A stretch of 64,000 bases of DNA from Chlorokybus atmophyticus (Eukaryota; Plantae; Mesostigma and Chlorokybus algae). Both the position numbers and the translations under genes were made by a program. The number at the start of each line of letters is the position of its first letter. Position 1 is the stretch's first letter. Below the pieces are notes generated by a model, which was not told where the DNA came from, made no database searches, and saw nothing but the letters and a program-made list of their open reading frames with translations. The stretch lies in assembly GCA_009103225.1 (NCBI GenBank), contig RHPI01003156.1, forward strand, positions 102,537 to 166,536. Reading direction: 5' to 3'. Positions 12,344 through 25,990 of this stretch are shown here, one piece after another.

Positions 12344-15300
12344 TCAATACCCAGCGGGATAACCGTCTTTGCGGACATCGCTGACGGCCGTAAGCCTCCC
12401 GCGCCGCACTTTCGTCAACACGCCATCCACCGTCACGCCAATATCGCCCACAGAGTCCTCCAGGTCCTGCACCACCAGCTGGCACACGGCAAGCCCACCA
12501 TCCTGACACAACAAGTTGAGGACGCAATAATAAAAGATGTGTGTGTGCATTGACCAAGTCTCCATCCCAACCTGGGAATGCAGCGTGTGGTTGCGTCTGG
12601 TCAGGGCCGCAATGACCTCCTCTGGAAGCTTCACAGGCAACGTGTTGTCTCCATACGCGTCAAACTCCTCATACAGCACTTGATTTGGGTACAACTGTCA
12701 TCAACGTAGTCAGTATGAGTGTCATGACTGACATAATTATTGCAAACACACGTGTGCATATACACTCACAAGCACACGCACGCACATCGGATAGTGTCAC
12801 GACTGGCAGCAAATCTCAAAAAGTTGAGAAAGCACACACACTAGCGGACGCGCACGCGCACATACCTGATGGTGTACTCGCGCATTGGAGACAGCTCGGT
12901 AGGGTTCCAAGCCCTGCGCGATGACGGCGAGGGTGACGGCAACCGTGGACGTGATGATGCGGGGGCCACCCGAGGCTCCAACTACAAGCTTGACGTGATC
13001 ACCCTGACAACAACACACTCAACATAAACACACCACACAGGACAGGAGGACGCCATGCACCCAACATGCGCTATACCTGCAATACAATGGTTGGCGACAT
13101 GGACGAAAGGGGCCGCTTCGCGCCGGCGACATAGTTGGCGGGTGAGGGTGCCATGCCGTATGCGTTGGGTTTGCCCGGGATGGAGAAGTCGTCCATCTCG
13201 TCATTGAGAACAATGCCGGTTTGTGTTGAGAGAACCTGCATCACCACGTGATATGCTCATTTGGCAGCAAGCTCACAGCTAACATGGGCTGATAGACAAG
13301 CATGCGGTTACCTTGGCTCCAAAGTACGTGTTGATGGTGGAAGTCATGGCCACGGCATTGCGCATGCTGTCCACAACAGAAAGATGCGTTGTTCCTGAAC
13401 ACACATTCCAGCATTATCACTACAGCGGCAGTAGTAAAGGCAAGGAGGGAGGATAGTGTGCATGTGTGTGTGTGTTTGTGACTCACCATGGTCATCAAGT
13501 TGGGCAAAGGTTGAGCCATAGTGAGCCGGCTCAAAAGTGATGTCATTATCAATATCCGCGCGCAGGACTTCCGCAAAGCTAGCGTTCAGCATTTGTGTTA
13601 TGACATTAGCCGTGTCAACATACTGCCAACCAATGCCAATCAGCACCACGCGCGCACATATCAATGATCAACTTCAGCTGTGACACACAACTTACTGCAG
13701 GGTCACCGAGCGACATCCGCAGTGCAAACGCGTGTTTGAAAGCTTCGACCAGCCGGTGCGTTGCTAGCGGGCCCAAACCGGCAAACGGCTCCATAAATCC
13801 CTCCATCATGTGCAGTATAAGAGACATGGCCGCACCACCTGCGGATGGTGTAACTCTTGTTTGCTATTTGTGTCACCTTGCAACATTCTGCAAAGGCACA
13901 CATACACACCTGAAGAGGGCGGGGGTGCACCAATAACAGTATAGCCAAACGCATCTGTCACCAAAGGCTCGCGGATAACAGGATGGTAGCCAATGATGTC
14001 CTCACTCGTGATGATGCCACCCGCTTGCTGGATATCCTGCTCATACATGAACAGTGAGTACACATTTACTGTGTGGTGGCATGATAGAAACCGCAATATG
14101 CACTGACCTCCACCAGCTGTTTGCCAATAACGCCGTCTTGGCTGTACATTGCCTGGGGTCCCTCGTCTGCCAACACTCGCAGCGTCTGTTCCCATAGCAA
14201 TAACAACAACCAATCATTGAGTTGCTATGCCACCTTTGGTCTCAACATGCACACTACAAGGGCATATGTTCTGATGAGCGCCATACCTTGGCCAACTCAG
14301 CGCGAAGGCACGTGTCGCCAGCTTCAAGGAGCTCACCATCTGGTGCGAGCATCCCACGAAGCCCGGGATCATTCATAATGGCCTGATGAGGCGCATACAT
14401 TGACCCATTAGGCACTTCACTACAACCGTTACAAAAATTACATGAGTTGATTGAGTGTGCTTGACAGGCACTGACCTCCTGCTCGGCCTCTATTGCAGCT
14501 GCGAGGGGGAGACCAATCTTGAATCCTTCGGCAAGCTTGATGGAGGGTTCGAACAGCCGCGCCCATGGCAGCTGACCATATCTCTGCAAAAGAGGAACGC
14601 ATTTACTCATTGCAGAAACGTACGTGCGTGCATGCGTGCGTGCGTGGACAGACACACGCACACGCACACGCGCACGCGCGCGCACACAGTGTTGCATTTT
14701 GATACCATAGGGTGCAAAAGTTGGTAGACACACAAATCTACGGATGGCCAAAGCAACAACTGTCTGGCCCACCTGCCAGGCCAGGTGAAGTCCGGCCACC
14801 TCGCCGGGCACGGCCACAGCCAGGCCGCCCGCGACGGCCTTCTCCGGGTTCGCGACAAACATGTCTTCAGAGGCTGCTGCCGGCGCTGTCTCCCGCGAGT
14901 CGATGACTGCACACATACCAACAGACGTCACGTGTTTGCTTGAGGAGGAGAGCAGCATACAACACACACATACCTTCTGTTGTCCCGTTTGCCAGCCGTA
15001 TTAGCATGAACGCGCCGCCGCCGATGCCGCTGGACATAGGATGCACCTGTGGGACGGTGATGTATGTTGTATGATGTGCCAAGTTGCACCCACAAAGAAT
15101 AGATGTAACTCACCACACCCAGGCACAAGGCTGTGGCAATTGCGGCATCCACGGCGTTGCCGCCCTCCGCCAGCATGTCTTTGCCAATAATCGAACACGT
15201 GGCGTCGTCGGAAGCAACCGCACCGTTGGCCGCTGTGATTGCACGCTGCACAGGATGTGAGAAAATATACTTTCCCATGCCCACAAACTGCTGCAAGTTG

Positions 15301-16100
15301 TACGTGGTGACGTGCACATCACCTTTGTGAACTGGTCACTCTGACAGGGTTCAGCAGGGACATGGTCTCTGTTGTGCGCATCAAGTCAGGAAACAACTTC
15401 CTTGAAGTAATCAGCTTTTCCAAGTTGAATGAGAGCAGCATTGCAACGAAGCACTGATGTACCTGCCCCAACTGTATGACGACGCTGTAGATGCCAGGGA
15501 CAGCGTGGCTATTAGGAATATCATCGCCACGACTGCCAGAGCTGCAACGTACACATGCAATGTGATGTGTTGAATTCACAAGCCAAAATGTGAGCGCCTG
15601 TATGCAATGTGCGCCCGAGTTTCTACATATGTGTCGCTGTGCGTGTCCTTGTTGAGCGACACTAGCAGCTGTGCAGTGTAATGTGATTCGCAGTACCAAT
15701 GGAGATCATGTTGAAGGTGGGGTGCGGCAGCCTGCTGATCCTCTCCCACCACGAGAGCGTCCGCCAGCTCCTTGGTTCCCACAGCCTCGACCGCAATCCG
15801 AAAGACTGACCACACAGTGCAGAGTCAAGCACACATACGCGCGCAACCACACACGCACACACAGACACGCGTGTGCTCACACACGCATACGCATGCATGC
15901 GCACGAAAGCAGCCACATGTAGCTGATAACCAAGAGCACTCACTCCATGCGCGCTGTCAAAGCTGGCGGGCTCGAGCTCAACGGGTTCCAATGCGCCAAC
16001 TGGTGAGGCCGGCCTGTCATGGTAGTAGTCCTTGCCACTGCTTAGCCGACCAACCTCCACGTCGCCGAACTGACGCCTGCATTTGCCACTTTGTGTGAAC
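12344..16100 (-). CDS. GGT: Gamma-glutamyl transpeptidase / glutathione hydrolase (multi-exon; 5' end uncertain, may extend to ~16405)
   Basis: [65 protein letters not shown] and LPWARLFEP. The autocleavage site DDHG|TTHLSVVD keeps the nucleophile Thr. Also [27 protein letters not shown] and [13 protein letters not shown] type II TM exon ([18 protein letters not shown]) lies near 15500. Confidence 0.93.
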
Positions 16101-16612
16101 AGGCTACTGGCTGCTGTATAGATAATGGGACAAGTAAGCAGGCGCATGATGATCGTGTTGAGAGGAAGGTGGAAAAGCAAAGCGTGCGCGCATGCGCATG
16201 TGCTTGCGTGTCCTAGTGGCTCTTAATAAGTTAGCTCGCAATGCGTGGACGGCAGTGTAGAGAAGTTCATTATGTGCGTGCACAGTAACAAAGTTGTGCT
16301 TGTGCATAACTCGCAATCAGCAATGCCACTGCATGCTCTGCAGCATGGCCTCAACAGTTCGTTACGAGCCAGGCAACAGCCCGAGTACGCAAGCTTACCT
16401 CCCATGCGGATCTCCAGCAGCAGGGGCAGCTAGCCCACGACCCGACATCGCGGTCGCCGCCTCGCCTCCCCACCCCGGCCTGGCCCGGACTGCAATCTGG
16501 CCTGGTCTGGTCTGGTTGCCCTGCTGCTTGTGCCAAGCAGCACAAGCAGTGCGAATTGCACAAGGTTTATCCAACCCTAATTTATGCACCCAACCCTGTG
16601 CCACGTGGCAGC

Positions 16613-19600
16613 ATGGCGGCGGCGGCGGCGGCGGCGGCGACAATGGCGCTGCCGGCGTGCGCGCTGTTGTCCCGGGCATGCCTGCGCGTGGAGTCCGCCA
16701 CAGCACGCACTACAGCATTGCGCCGCAGTGCCGGAGCATTCACCGCTCCTTCCAGCAGGCCATTGCGGACTAGCAGGCCGCCAAGGCTGGTCGTGCAAGC
16801 TGCCGCCACACCATGGAGGTTCGTCCTTGCCAGAGGGCCAACCAACAAAGATTAAACCAACACAATGCACAGAATCAAGCTGATTGTGGTTGCTGCAGTT
16901 GCCATCCAAGTGCATGTAGCTGCAGGTTGCATATTTTCCTCCAAGTGTGGGATTGTGCATTGCCCTGTATTGGTTGCACAACATTGAGTGCTGTAACTGC
17001 ACAACACATCAAGTGCACAGTGGTTTTCTACCACTCATCTCTCGCCTTCAGTGCCTTTGGGTTGGTGTAGCTCTTATATGTAACTTCATAGTAACGTATG
17101 AAATTGCTTGCGTGCGTGCATACATTGTTGTCATGCTGCACGTGTGCATTAATTGCTCTCACCCCAAAAACACAGGAGGAGAGGCATTGATGGTCTTCTA
17201 CGAGGGAGGGGTGAAGCCACCTTTGATCCTTTGGGGTTCGGCAATGACTGGCGGCGGTGGCGGCAAAGCACGCAGCTGGCGAAGGAGGAGCAGGCGCTCG
17301 ACACGCTGCACATGGCCAGCGGTAGAGGCCCCAGCGGCCTCGGGTCGCAGTCGGTCAACCAGATCCAGAACTTCTTCAACTCCAACCTTCCAGAACGGTG
17401 TGCATGCAGCTGTGCATTTCCTATGGGAGTCCAGCTAGTGAACATCAGCGCCGATTGACCGCGGTAGTGTAGTGGCTAGTTGAAAAAAGCAACATCAGCA
17501 CGTGTGCATGTCGCACACAACAGCCAGCATGTAGTTTATTTGGCTAGCATTCACAGGGTGGGGTGCATTGGCATATAACCAGCCTATCTTCTGCTTCAGC
17601 ACCCTTGTGTGTGTTTGCACAGGGGGCAATCAAGTTTTGACGCGTCATTGCTGACGGTTCTTTGTCCCTGCCAGGTTGTTGATCTTGTTCCTCCTGCTGT
17701 TGCTCTCACGTGTGGGAGTGTACATACCGCTTCCCGGCGTGGACAGCAAAGCATTCGCAGAAAGCGCTTCACAGGGAGGCTTGCTGAATTATCTTGACAC
17801 ACTGTCAGGTGCGTGTACAGGGGAATATAGCCCAGATGGTGCTAGAGTTAAAACACTGTGCATATGACATATTGGTTACTCTGCCATACCCATACAGGTG
17901 GCGGCATCTCCAAGCTGGGTATCTTCAGTCTGGGCATTGTGCCTTACATCAATGCTTCAATTGTGCTACAGGTGAGCATCTTTTCACGAATGGATTGTAA
18001 GCGGGTGCTTTCAGGGTGGGATGTTTTACATAATCCGTGCTATGTGGCAGCTGTGGCAATCGGTGTTTCCAAAGTTGAAGAAGCTTGTGCGCGAGGAGGG
18101 TGAGGCTGGGCGTCGCCAATTCGAACAGTACCAGCGGTATGCTGCACTGGCATTTGCAATCACGGGGGTGAGTTGCAAGCGGCCGCAGTGCATGCATCAC
18201 CTTTGTGGATGCAATGGCATATGCAATCCAGTAACTATTACAATCGCAGGCAGTCGGTCAGGCGTTTTTCCTCCGCCCTTATGTTCCAGACTTCAGCCTG
18301 GCCTGGTTTGCGGAGACTGTGCTTACTCTCACCGCCGGTGCCATGATCTCCATGCACATTGCTGGTAGGTGCTTGTCGAGGCAGCCTCATTCAATGCAAC
18401 TACAGCTTTATGCATTGCAGCTGTTGATGCCTCAGTTGCGGGTCTCACAGCTTGTCTTCCTCGCAGAGTTAATCGGTGAGTTGAAGATTGGCAACGGCAC
18501 ATCCATTGTCATTTTCACCAACATTGTGTCCAGCATCCCGGGAGGCATTGGCAAGACAGTCACGGCTGGGCTCAATGCAGACAATGGCGCGCTCAACGTT
18601 GCAGCCTTCTTGGCTGCGTTCCTGTTCATAACAACTGGCGCAGTTTACGTGCAGGTACAGCACATGCATGTGGTTGTCCAGCTGCGTTGCTTTGTGCGTG
18701 CCTGACGGTATAACGCAGCTTGCTAATGAGCGCAACATGCAGCTTGCTGAGAGGAAAATACCCGTGAATTATGCACGAGGACCGAACTCCGGCGGCCTCT
18801 CACGGCTGAGCTATTTCCCCCTCAAGGTGAATCCACTACACTTTGGTCTTCGCTTCGCGCATGGCGTTTAGGTTGATGATAACATCCGTGTGTGTTGCAC
18901 AGGTCAACAGCGCGGGCGTCATGCCAATTATTTTCGCATCGTCGCTGATCACCGTGCCGGCACTGCTCGGGAGGATAGACGCCTTTAGCGGCCTGCGCGG
19001 CCTTGCTGTTGCACTGTACCCAGGCGGTAAGGTGTCGTTGTGTTGTTGTTCCAGCAATGTACAGTAGTGTCTCCATGCAAAGGTCATGGTTACCAGTGCG
19101 ATCTCATTTGAAACCACAGCAGCAAGTGTTGCTTTATGCACTTGGTTTCTGCAGGCGGGGCATACCTTGTGACCAATGTTGCACTCATTGCCTTCTTCAA
19201 CTACTTCTACACCTTCCTGCAACTCGACCCGGATGATGTGAGCGATCAGCTCAAGAAGGCCGGCGCGTCGTTTAGCGGTATTCGGCCAGGCCGCTCCACA
19301 GCAGCATATTTAACAGACGTGAGTATCAGGTTGCATCAGCGTGCATATTGACCACTCAATGCTGTGACATAACAATGGGTTGTTGTGCGCAGAGGCTGTC
19401 GTACTTGTCATTCTTCGGGTCCATCTTCCTGGCCCTGCTGGCGGCGACCCCTTCCCTGGTTGAGGCCACTACCGGACTGACGGCCTTCCGTGGGTTCGGC
19501 GGCACGTCCCTTCTCATCTGCGTGGGCGTCGCCACAGACGTCGTGCAGAAGATCCAGGCTGAGCTTGTGATGGAGCAGTACTCCACCCTGCAGGTGAGCC

Positions 19601-19840
19601 ATGCTAGGCAGGATGCCTGTTGCGTAGAGTTTGTCGTATCATGTTTTCAGTCAAGAGGGGTGGTAGCGATGTGCGCTGGAAGATGGTACATTGTTTGCGT
19701 GTTGTCCAGACCGACCACTTGCTGTGTTGTTATGTTAGGATGACCTTCAGCGGCGGCCGACGCTGCCTGGCTTGTCGCAAAAGCCTCTCCCGCCCGCTCC
19801 CTCAAAACCCGCCCCCGAAGAGAAAAAGCAGCAGCGCTAG
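16613..19840 (+). CDS. SCY1: Chloroplast preprotein translocase subunit SecY (cpSecY/SCY1) with transit peptide
   Basis: Ala/Ser/Arg-rich transit peptide, then SRVGVYIPLPGVD, IFSLGIVPYINASIVLQ, EEGEAGRRQFEQYQRY, IGNGTSIVIF, AERKIPVNYA, PLKVNSAGVMPIIFASSL, IRPGRSTAAYL and FGGTSLLICVGVATD. The last exon (19739-19840) is inferred from splice phase. Confidence 0.93.
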
Positions 19841-21395
19841 TACTTGTGTCTCTGTACTATGTAGTCGTGCAGCATGGGTTAGCTGTTTATCTATATGCAA
19901 CCTATGCTGTCAAATGACTGGTGTTGACTGCAAAAGCAATGGAGATGACAGGTCATGGTTGCATAGCACAGAATGCGGTCACCTTGTTCGGTTTACCTCC
20001 TGCACCAGGCTTGGTTTGTGCACAAGCAATAACTCAGTCATCATGTTGGTAATAGTTGAATGACCATTACACTGCATACCTTTCATGCCGGATATAGTAA
20101 GGCACAAGTGTTGCCAAAATGTGTACTGGGTAGGCAGCTACGCATGCTAGCATGTCATTGCATGCGTACTCTGTTCCGTCATGTACAAACAATGCGAAAA
20201 CGGAAATGCACATGCATAGTGGCATGCACAGTCAGCAGCATGCAGAGTCACATTGTGTAGCTTGCTAGCACAACGCCACAAGTGTATTGGTTTTAACGTT
20301 CCTGATAACAAGGTGCATGCCCAAACCAGTGTTTTTTGTCTCTTCGAACTCAGCCATGCTTTGCAGAAAACTGTTGTAGCTTTCATTATCCTCAGATGTC
20401 ACATCCGGGCTTGCAGGCTGCTTTGCCAGGTGCTGCAAGTTGCAGCACCTAGCAAACCATGGGGCAAACCATGGAAGCAGCATCAGCATCCTTGCGTTGT
20501 TGATACCAGCGTCTTTAGCACGGCTGGGCTTTGGAGACTCAGCCGGACCTCTCGCTTGAGGACGACTCAGAGTCAATCTCGAGGTCCTCAATCACCTCTG
20601 GAGAGAGAATTGCCGCTCACCAAAACGCCCCAGCAAAGCTGAACTTGAGGCACTGCGTCCTGCTTGAGGCGCAGTGCCTAAAGCGGGCCGTGCGGCGGTG
20701 GATAAAGCGGCGGAGGCGGCGGGGCAGGCGCAGCAGGTGTTGGAGGAGGTAGAGATGTGATGGAAGACAGGGGATGAAGAGAGCAGCGACAAGTGTGTCA
20801 AGGAGGAGGGCTGGCATGGAGCTGTCAGCTTGCTTCATCGCAACATCCACTGGCAGCCACTACGACGGCCGCGAGAGGTGCGAGTGGTTTGCTGCTTCTG
20901 CCCGTGTACGTGTGTTTTTGAAGAATAACGGTGGACACAGAATGGACGGATTTCACATATTCATAATGTAATCTTGTTCTAGGCACAAACTGCTGAGAGG
21001 CAACCAGTCGAAACGCACTTTCACATACACGCAGCAGCAGCTGTCGCAGCATGCATGCACACAAGCAAAGTTATCACAATTGGCAGTGAAGCGAGGTGCG
21101 TGCGTGCGGTTCTACTACAGCACCGTCATGCCTGCGACTTGTCTTCTTGCTGGCATTTGGTAAAGTGCTGAGGTTGCCCTGAACTGCACTTGGTTGCGAA
21201 TATTACGCGGGCAGGCAGCTCCTGCGTACTGCTGTAGGTGGGATTGGTTGTTCAGGCATTAGTCGGTGTACTTTATAACTCTGCACTGCCTACTCAAACA
21301 AGCTTGCAAGTTCGTCATTGTTCTGTCAGAGGGGATGGAAGGACCCCCCCCTCTCTCCGCCCCCTCTCTCTCCCTCCCCCTCTCCCCGCCTCTCC

Positions 21396-22129
21396 CTGCA
21401 AGTTGTACGTGGTGACGTGCACATCACCTTTGTGAACTGGTCACTCTGACAGGGTTCAGCAGGGACATGGTCTCTGTTGTGCGCATCAAGTCAGGAAACA
21501 ACTTCCTTGAAGTAATCAGCTTTTCCAAGTTGAATGAGAGCAGCATTGCAACGAAGCACTGATGTACCTGCCCCAACTGTATGACGACGCTGTAGATGCC
21601 AGGGACAGCGTGGCTATTAGGAATATCATCGCCACGACTGCCAGAGCTGCAACGTACACATGCAATGTGATGTGTTGAATTCACAAGCCAAAATGTGAGC
21701 GCCTGTATGCAATGTGCGCCCGAGTTTCTACATATGTGTCGCTGTGCGTGTCCTTGTTGAGCGACACTAGCAGCTGTGCAGTGTAATGTGATTCGCAGTA
21801 CCAATGGAGATCATGTTGAAGGTGGGGTGCGGCAGCCTGCTGATCCTCTCCCACCACGAGAGCGTCCGCCAGCTCCTTGGTTCCCACAGCCTCGACCGCA
21901 ATCCGAAAGACTGACCACACAGTGCAGAGTCAAGCACACATACGCGCGCAACCACACACGCACACACAGACACGCGTGTGCTCACACACGCATACGCATG
22001 CATGCGCACGAAAGCAGCCACATGTAGCTGATAACCAAGAGCACTCACTCCATGCGCGCTGTCAAAGCTGGCGGGCTCGAGCTCAACGGGTTCCAATGCG
22101 CCAACTGGTGAGGCCGGCCTGTCATGGTA
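21396..22129. repeat. 734-bp direct duplicate of 15291-16024 (5' exons and introns of GGT)
   Basis: Identical by eye at a constant offset of 6105. It starts after a C/CT-rich tract and ends at the single N at 22130. Confidence 0.9.
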
Positions 22130-22381
22130 NAGTGCGTGCCTCGTTCGTAGATGGACTCAGCTGCGACCACCGGCGAACCCAACTGTAGAAACTGAGCAGG
22201 GCACCCTTGTTGCAAGTCCCGCAGTCATCCCCTCGCCTGCTCAAGCTCAGAACGAGTTGCACCAGCAGCAGTACCAGCAACGGCATTAACAACTCTGCAC
22301 GTAAGTGAAGACACCCAAAACACCCCTCCTTGCTTCAACAAAACGAGCAACTACGAATGACATCAATTACCTATTGCATAG

Positions 22382-23198
22382 GACGCTCCACCAAGTCTGC
22401 ATGAGTACGAAGAGGCGATTACAAGGGCCGTGTTTGCAGCGGTCAACTCCGCTGTATCGGCAGCCGTGACTGCCGCATCTGCAAACTTGGAGGCGGCGGT
22501 GCAAGGCGCAGCATGCAATCATGCAAAGGTGGATACAAGGATGCAAGGCATGGCGGGCAATCTTGAAAAGGTGGAGACAAGGGTGCAAGGCACAGCGGGC
22601 AATCTTGTAAAATTGGATACAAGGATACAAGGCATGGCGGGCAATCTCAAAAAGGTGGAGACAGGGGTGCAAAGCCTAGCGAACCACCTTGCAGGTTATC
22701 GGTTCAAGGACAAGGTCATCTCCGATTTGAGTGTATACATTGATGATGTCTTTCACAACCCCATCATCCATTGCAGGGATGAGTTGGCCAGGTACTATCG
22801 CCCGGATCATGGACATCAAATCACAAGCTGGCGAGGCTAGGTGGATGACCAAGTTCGGTGATGCTTTACATGCAAACATCATTGGCATCGCCCTCGTGGA
22901 GCGCTCCATACCACAAGTGCAAATGCACTGCAAGGCGCAGCAGGTCCCGGATACAGGTTCTGTTCATGTTGGCATTGTGGCGGAGATTGCGGTGACGCTA
23001 CGCGTGGAGGATGTGGAGAGCGCTGCACACCGTGCAGCTTTACTGTCGCACTTCTCGTCATACTGTGACATGTATGCGATTGTTCCGGTCATCATTGGAG
23101 ATGTTGCTGAGCTTGTTGAAGATGTTCTGAGCAGAGCAGCTGATCTGGGCGTTATTGCCTTCACTGCCACGAGAGCGAAATGTGTACGACTTTGTTGA
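22382..23198 (+). pseudogene. Coiled-coil plus putative PD-(D/E)xK-like nuclease gene, copy 1 (frameshift near 22800)
   Basis: An exon starts after a TAG acceptor at 22381 and encodes 14-aa heptad repeats, then YIDDVF..PII. After a frameshift comes ANIIGIA...VGIVAEIAVTLRVEDVESAAHRAALL...PVIIG...RAADLGVIAF. Homologous to 27.2-27.6 kb and 31.5-32.0 kb. Confidence 0.6.
22523..22690 (+). repeat. Four 42-bp coding tandem repeats (14 aa each)
   Basis: AKVDTRMQGMAGNL / EKVETRVQGTAGNL / VKLDTRIQGMAGNL / KKVETGVQSLANHL. Confidence 0.9.
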
Positions 23199-23879
23199 CT
23201 CTTAGCATTTTCCTCTGGTTCTTTTGAACTGATGTTTATCCACTGTGCAAGCTGACACTAATGTTTGAACGCTTACTTTTATGATAAAGTGGACTGCTTG
23301 TCTTGCCATAGGTATTCTAATAACAAGCGCGCGCGTTCCATTTGATTGCCTTGCATGCCGCATGGAGGTGTTTGCCAGCATTGACCAGCACACTTCATGT
23401 GATATGCTGCGCAAACTGTTGCTATTACATCCAGCATGTTTGTGTTGCTACTGCATTCCTCATGTTGTGCAACATGCAATGTAATGCTTATTTACTGTGA
23501 TAGCATTGGGGCTGAGTTGCCATATCCCAACCTTTCCGAATTGTCAGCATCAATTAGGCACGCACATGCGGTTGAAAATACCGCCAATGTACAAAGTATT
23601 GCATGCAAGTTGATAATTTTGCTGTGCAAAAGCGTCAGTGTGCGTGTGCGCGCTTAACAAGGATACAAAGCTCAATAATTAAGCTCTGATGACTGGCTAT
23701 TAAGTGTCAAACTGCTGTTGTTGCCAACGTTGCTCACAGCATTTGAATTGAAGTTGAGACAGCCCGGCTTCTTCAATGCACACCTTCTCGGCAGTGAGGG
23801 CTTCATTATTGTCAGGGTCTCTTTATATGAAGGCGTCAACGCTAGCAGGCATTCACATATTTATCTCATGCAGTATGTG

Positions 23880-25990
23880 CGTACTTGTGTATACACTACT
23901 TTTTGGAACAATGACTCCAGGCCTCGCGTACATACTTTGCCAAAAAACTGTTGTGGGTATCACCTCTCGCGTGCCCACTCAACCAAAGCGCCATTACACT
24001 ACACCATCCCATGTTCACATTGCCGATTAACTTTGGTCGCATGCATCATATAAGTTGATGTGCCTGTCTGTTTTTGTGCTTCCTATGTTGCACGTGTTTG
24101 AAAGCCTATGCATGCGAGTCATTGGGCAACAATGACCGTTTTCAGTCATTGGCCTTGGAGGTGGTGCAGGAAGACTTGGGAGACGGCCTGTCGTAGTCAA
24201 CATCATTATCAGCTGGCGTTGATGATGTCCACAGCATTACAGAAAGCAGCCATGGCCGGCGCGCAGATCGTGCTCGCACACGGACTCCATCGCCTGCGAC
24301 AGAAACTCCCCGCTATTGCCTGCGGCGAGTGTTCGTGCTTCGCATTGGCACTACGAGTTACAAAGCCACAACGCTGTGCGCGCATGTATTCAAGCACGTG
24401 CGCGCTTGTGTGCACATGCATGCATACGCGCGTCTGCGCATGTGTGTACGGGTTCTGTATAGCATGTGTAGCTGAGCACCTGGGGTGTGCACATGCGAAC
24501 ATATGTGCATATGCATGTGCGAGTGTATGTGCAGCGCAGACTGCCCACTCTTTTATGCAGCTTGAGTTTTGTCACTGCAGATGGTTCGCAGCTGTGGCCA
24601 CGTACTTGGGGCTCCCCATTGCCTTGCTGTAGGATGATGTGTACACACAGCAGCACATTGGTGTCATGTCCAATGTACGTGCCTGTTGCTAACCTTCCGG
24701 ACCATGGCTTCCTTACTGATGCTGTACACGACGCCCGGCGTGATGTCCTCGCTTCTGCCTGCTAGTACATGTTACATATGACGCAAATGTACACCTAAAC
24801 ACGCACACAAACACCCACCAGATTCAAACGCATACTCAACCACTCGCGCACTTGCTCAAGTACACACCGTATGCATGCCCGCAATGCAGTTTCAGATCTT
24901 TGTGCACACATATGTAACTGCGCAACATATCAGCCAACCTCACCCTACACACCTTTTGGCTTGACCTTTTGTGTTTGGGTTGAGCTGCCGCGTCATGACG
25001 CCCACCCACTAAAAAATCCCTCAACCATCACCTGACACAGGTCACATTACGTGCTCGAGGTGAGTTGTTGTAGACCCGCTTCATCCCTCTCAGCATTGTC
25101 ATTGATCTTATGTAGTCTAAGAAGCTCGGCGTCAAACCAGATTTCAATCATGTGACCTCACCGCACCCACCCTCCTCACCTATAAGATGTCGTGTGTGCT
25201 CGCGTGCATGTGCATCCACACAGCACGTGTGCGTGCGCGCATGTGTATTTATACATGCATACAATCATGCGTGTGTACGTGCTCATGCATGTATGCGCGT
25301 GGGTGCGCACATGCACATGCAACTGAGCGCACACGAGCGTGCACCTATGCGTGAGGTTGCGTGTATAAGAAACAGTTTCTAGACAGAAACCTAACACAGA
25401 CTGCAACGCTGTGCATGCGCCATGCACGTTGGGATTATAAAACCAAGCAGATGGATTCTTGCAAGTAAGAGCAGAACACAACGCATTGCAACTGCCGCAC
25501 GTTTGTCGCCTGCTGGGTCCATGGCGAGCTCCCTTGAGAACTTGTATACGCCTGCACGAGATACGTGATGTCATGAGCCTTCCAGTGCGCCGACACCCTG
25601 TCACCCGCCTGAGACACACAACTACACAAGCACCATGCTGGCTTGGCAACAGCAGCCAAGGGGAGAGACCTGACTGCCGTTGCGTTCACAAAGGCAGTGA
25701 CCTGCACTTCGCACCCCATTGTCGACTTGAAAGTCAACAAGCATTGCGCACAAGCTGTGAAATTCAAATCTTGGTATGCTTGTTGGTTGTGCACACCAAT
25801 GAGCAACAGCAGATCACACAAAACATAGAAAGCAACACGCAAAGACACACGCACGTACACCTAAATATTTGCCATCCTTGGCGGAGTGCGATTGCTGCCA
25901 CACCCAGGAGCGCGCAAATCTCCGTGTGTTTGCTCACCGACGCGGGCAGTCACCAACACCATCGCCGCCGTTGCCCACAACAACAGCAGA
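23880..25990 (-). pseudogene. Degenerate colinear copy of the FKBP-saposin gene at 33063-35474
   Basis: Exon-by-exon similarity: 25870-25990 to exon 1; VSQAGDRVSAHWKAHDIT to AGEKVSVHWK; 24950-25030 to WVGVMTQQ; 24570-24630 to GSPKYV; 24250-24330 to GEFL..ME; 23930-24000 to 33420-33500. Contains stops, frameshifts and deletions; boundaries approximate. Confidence 0.75.

Noticed and set aside
22523-22690. CRISPR-like array
   Set aside because: The repeats are contiguous coding units with no spacers, in a eukaryotic context; no CRISPR, rRNA or tRNA gene was seen anywhere in the window.
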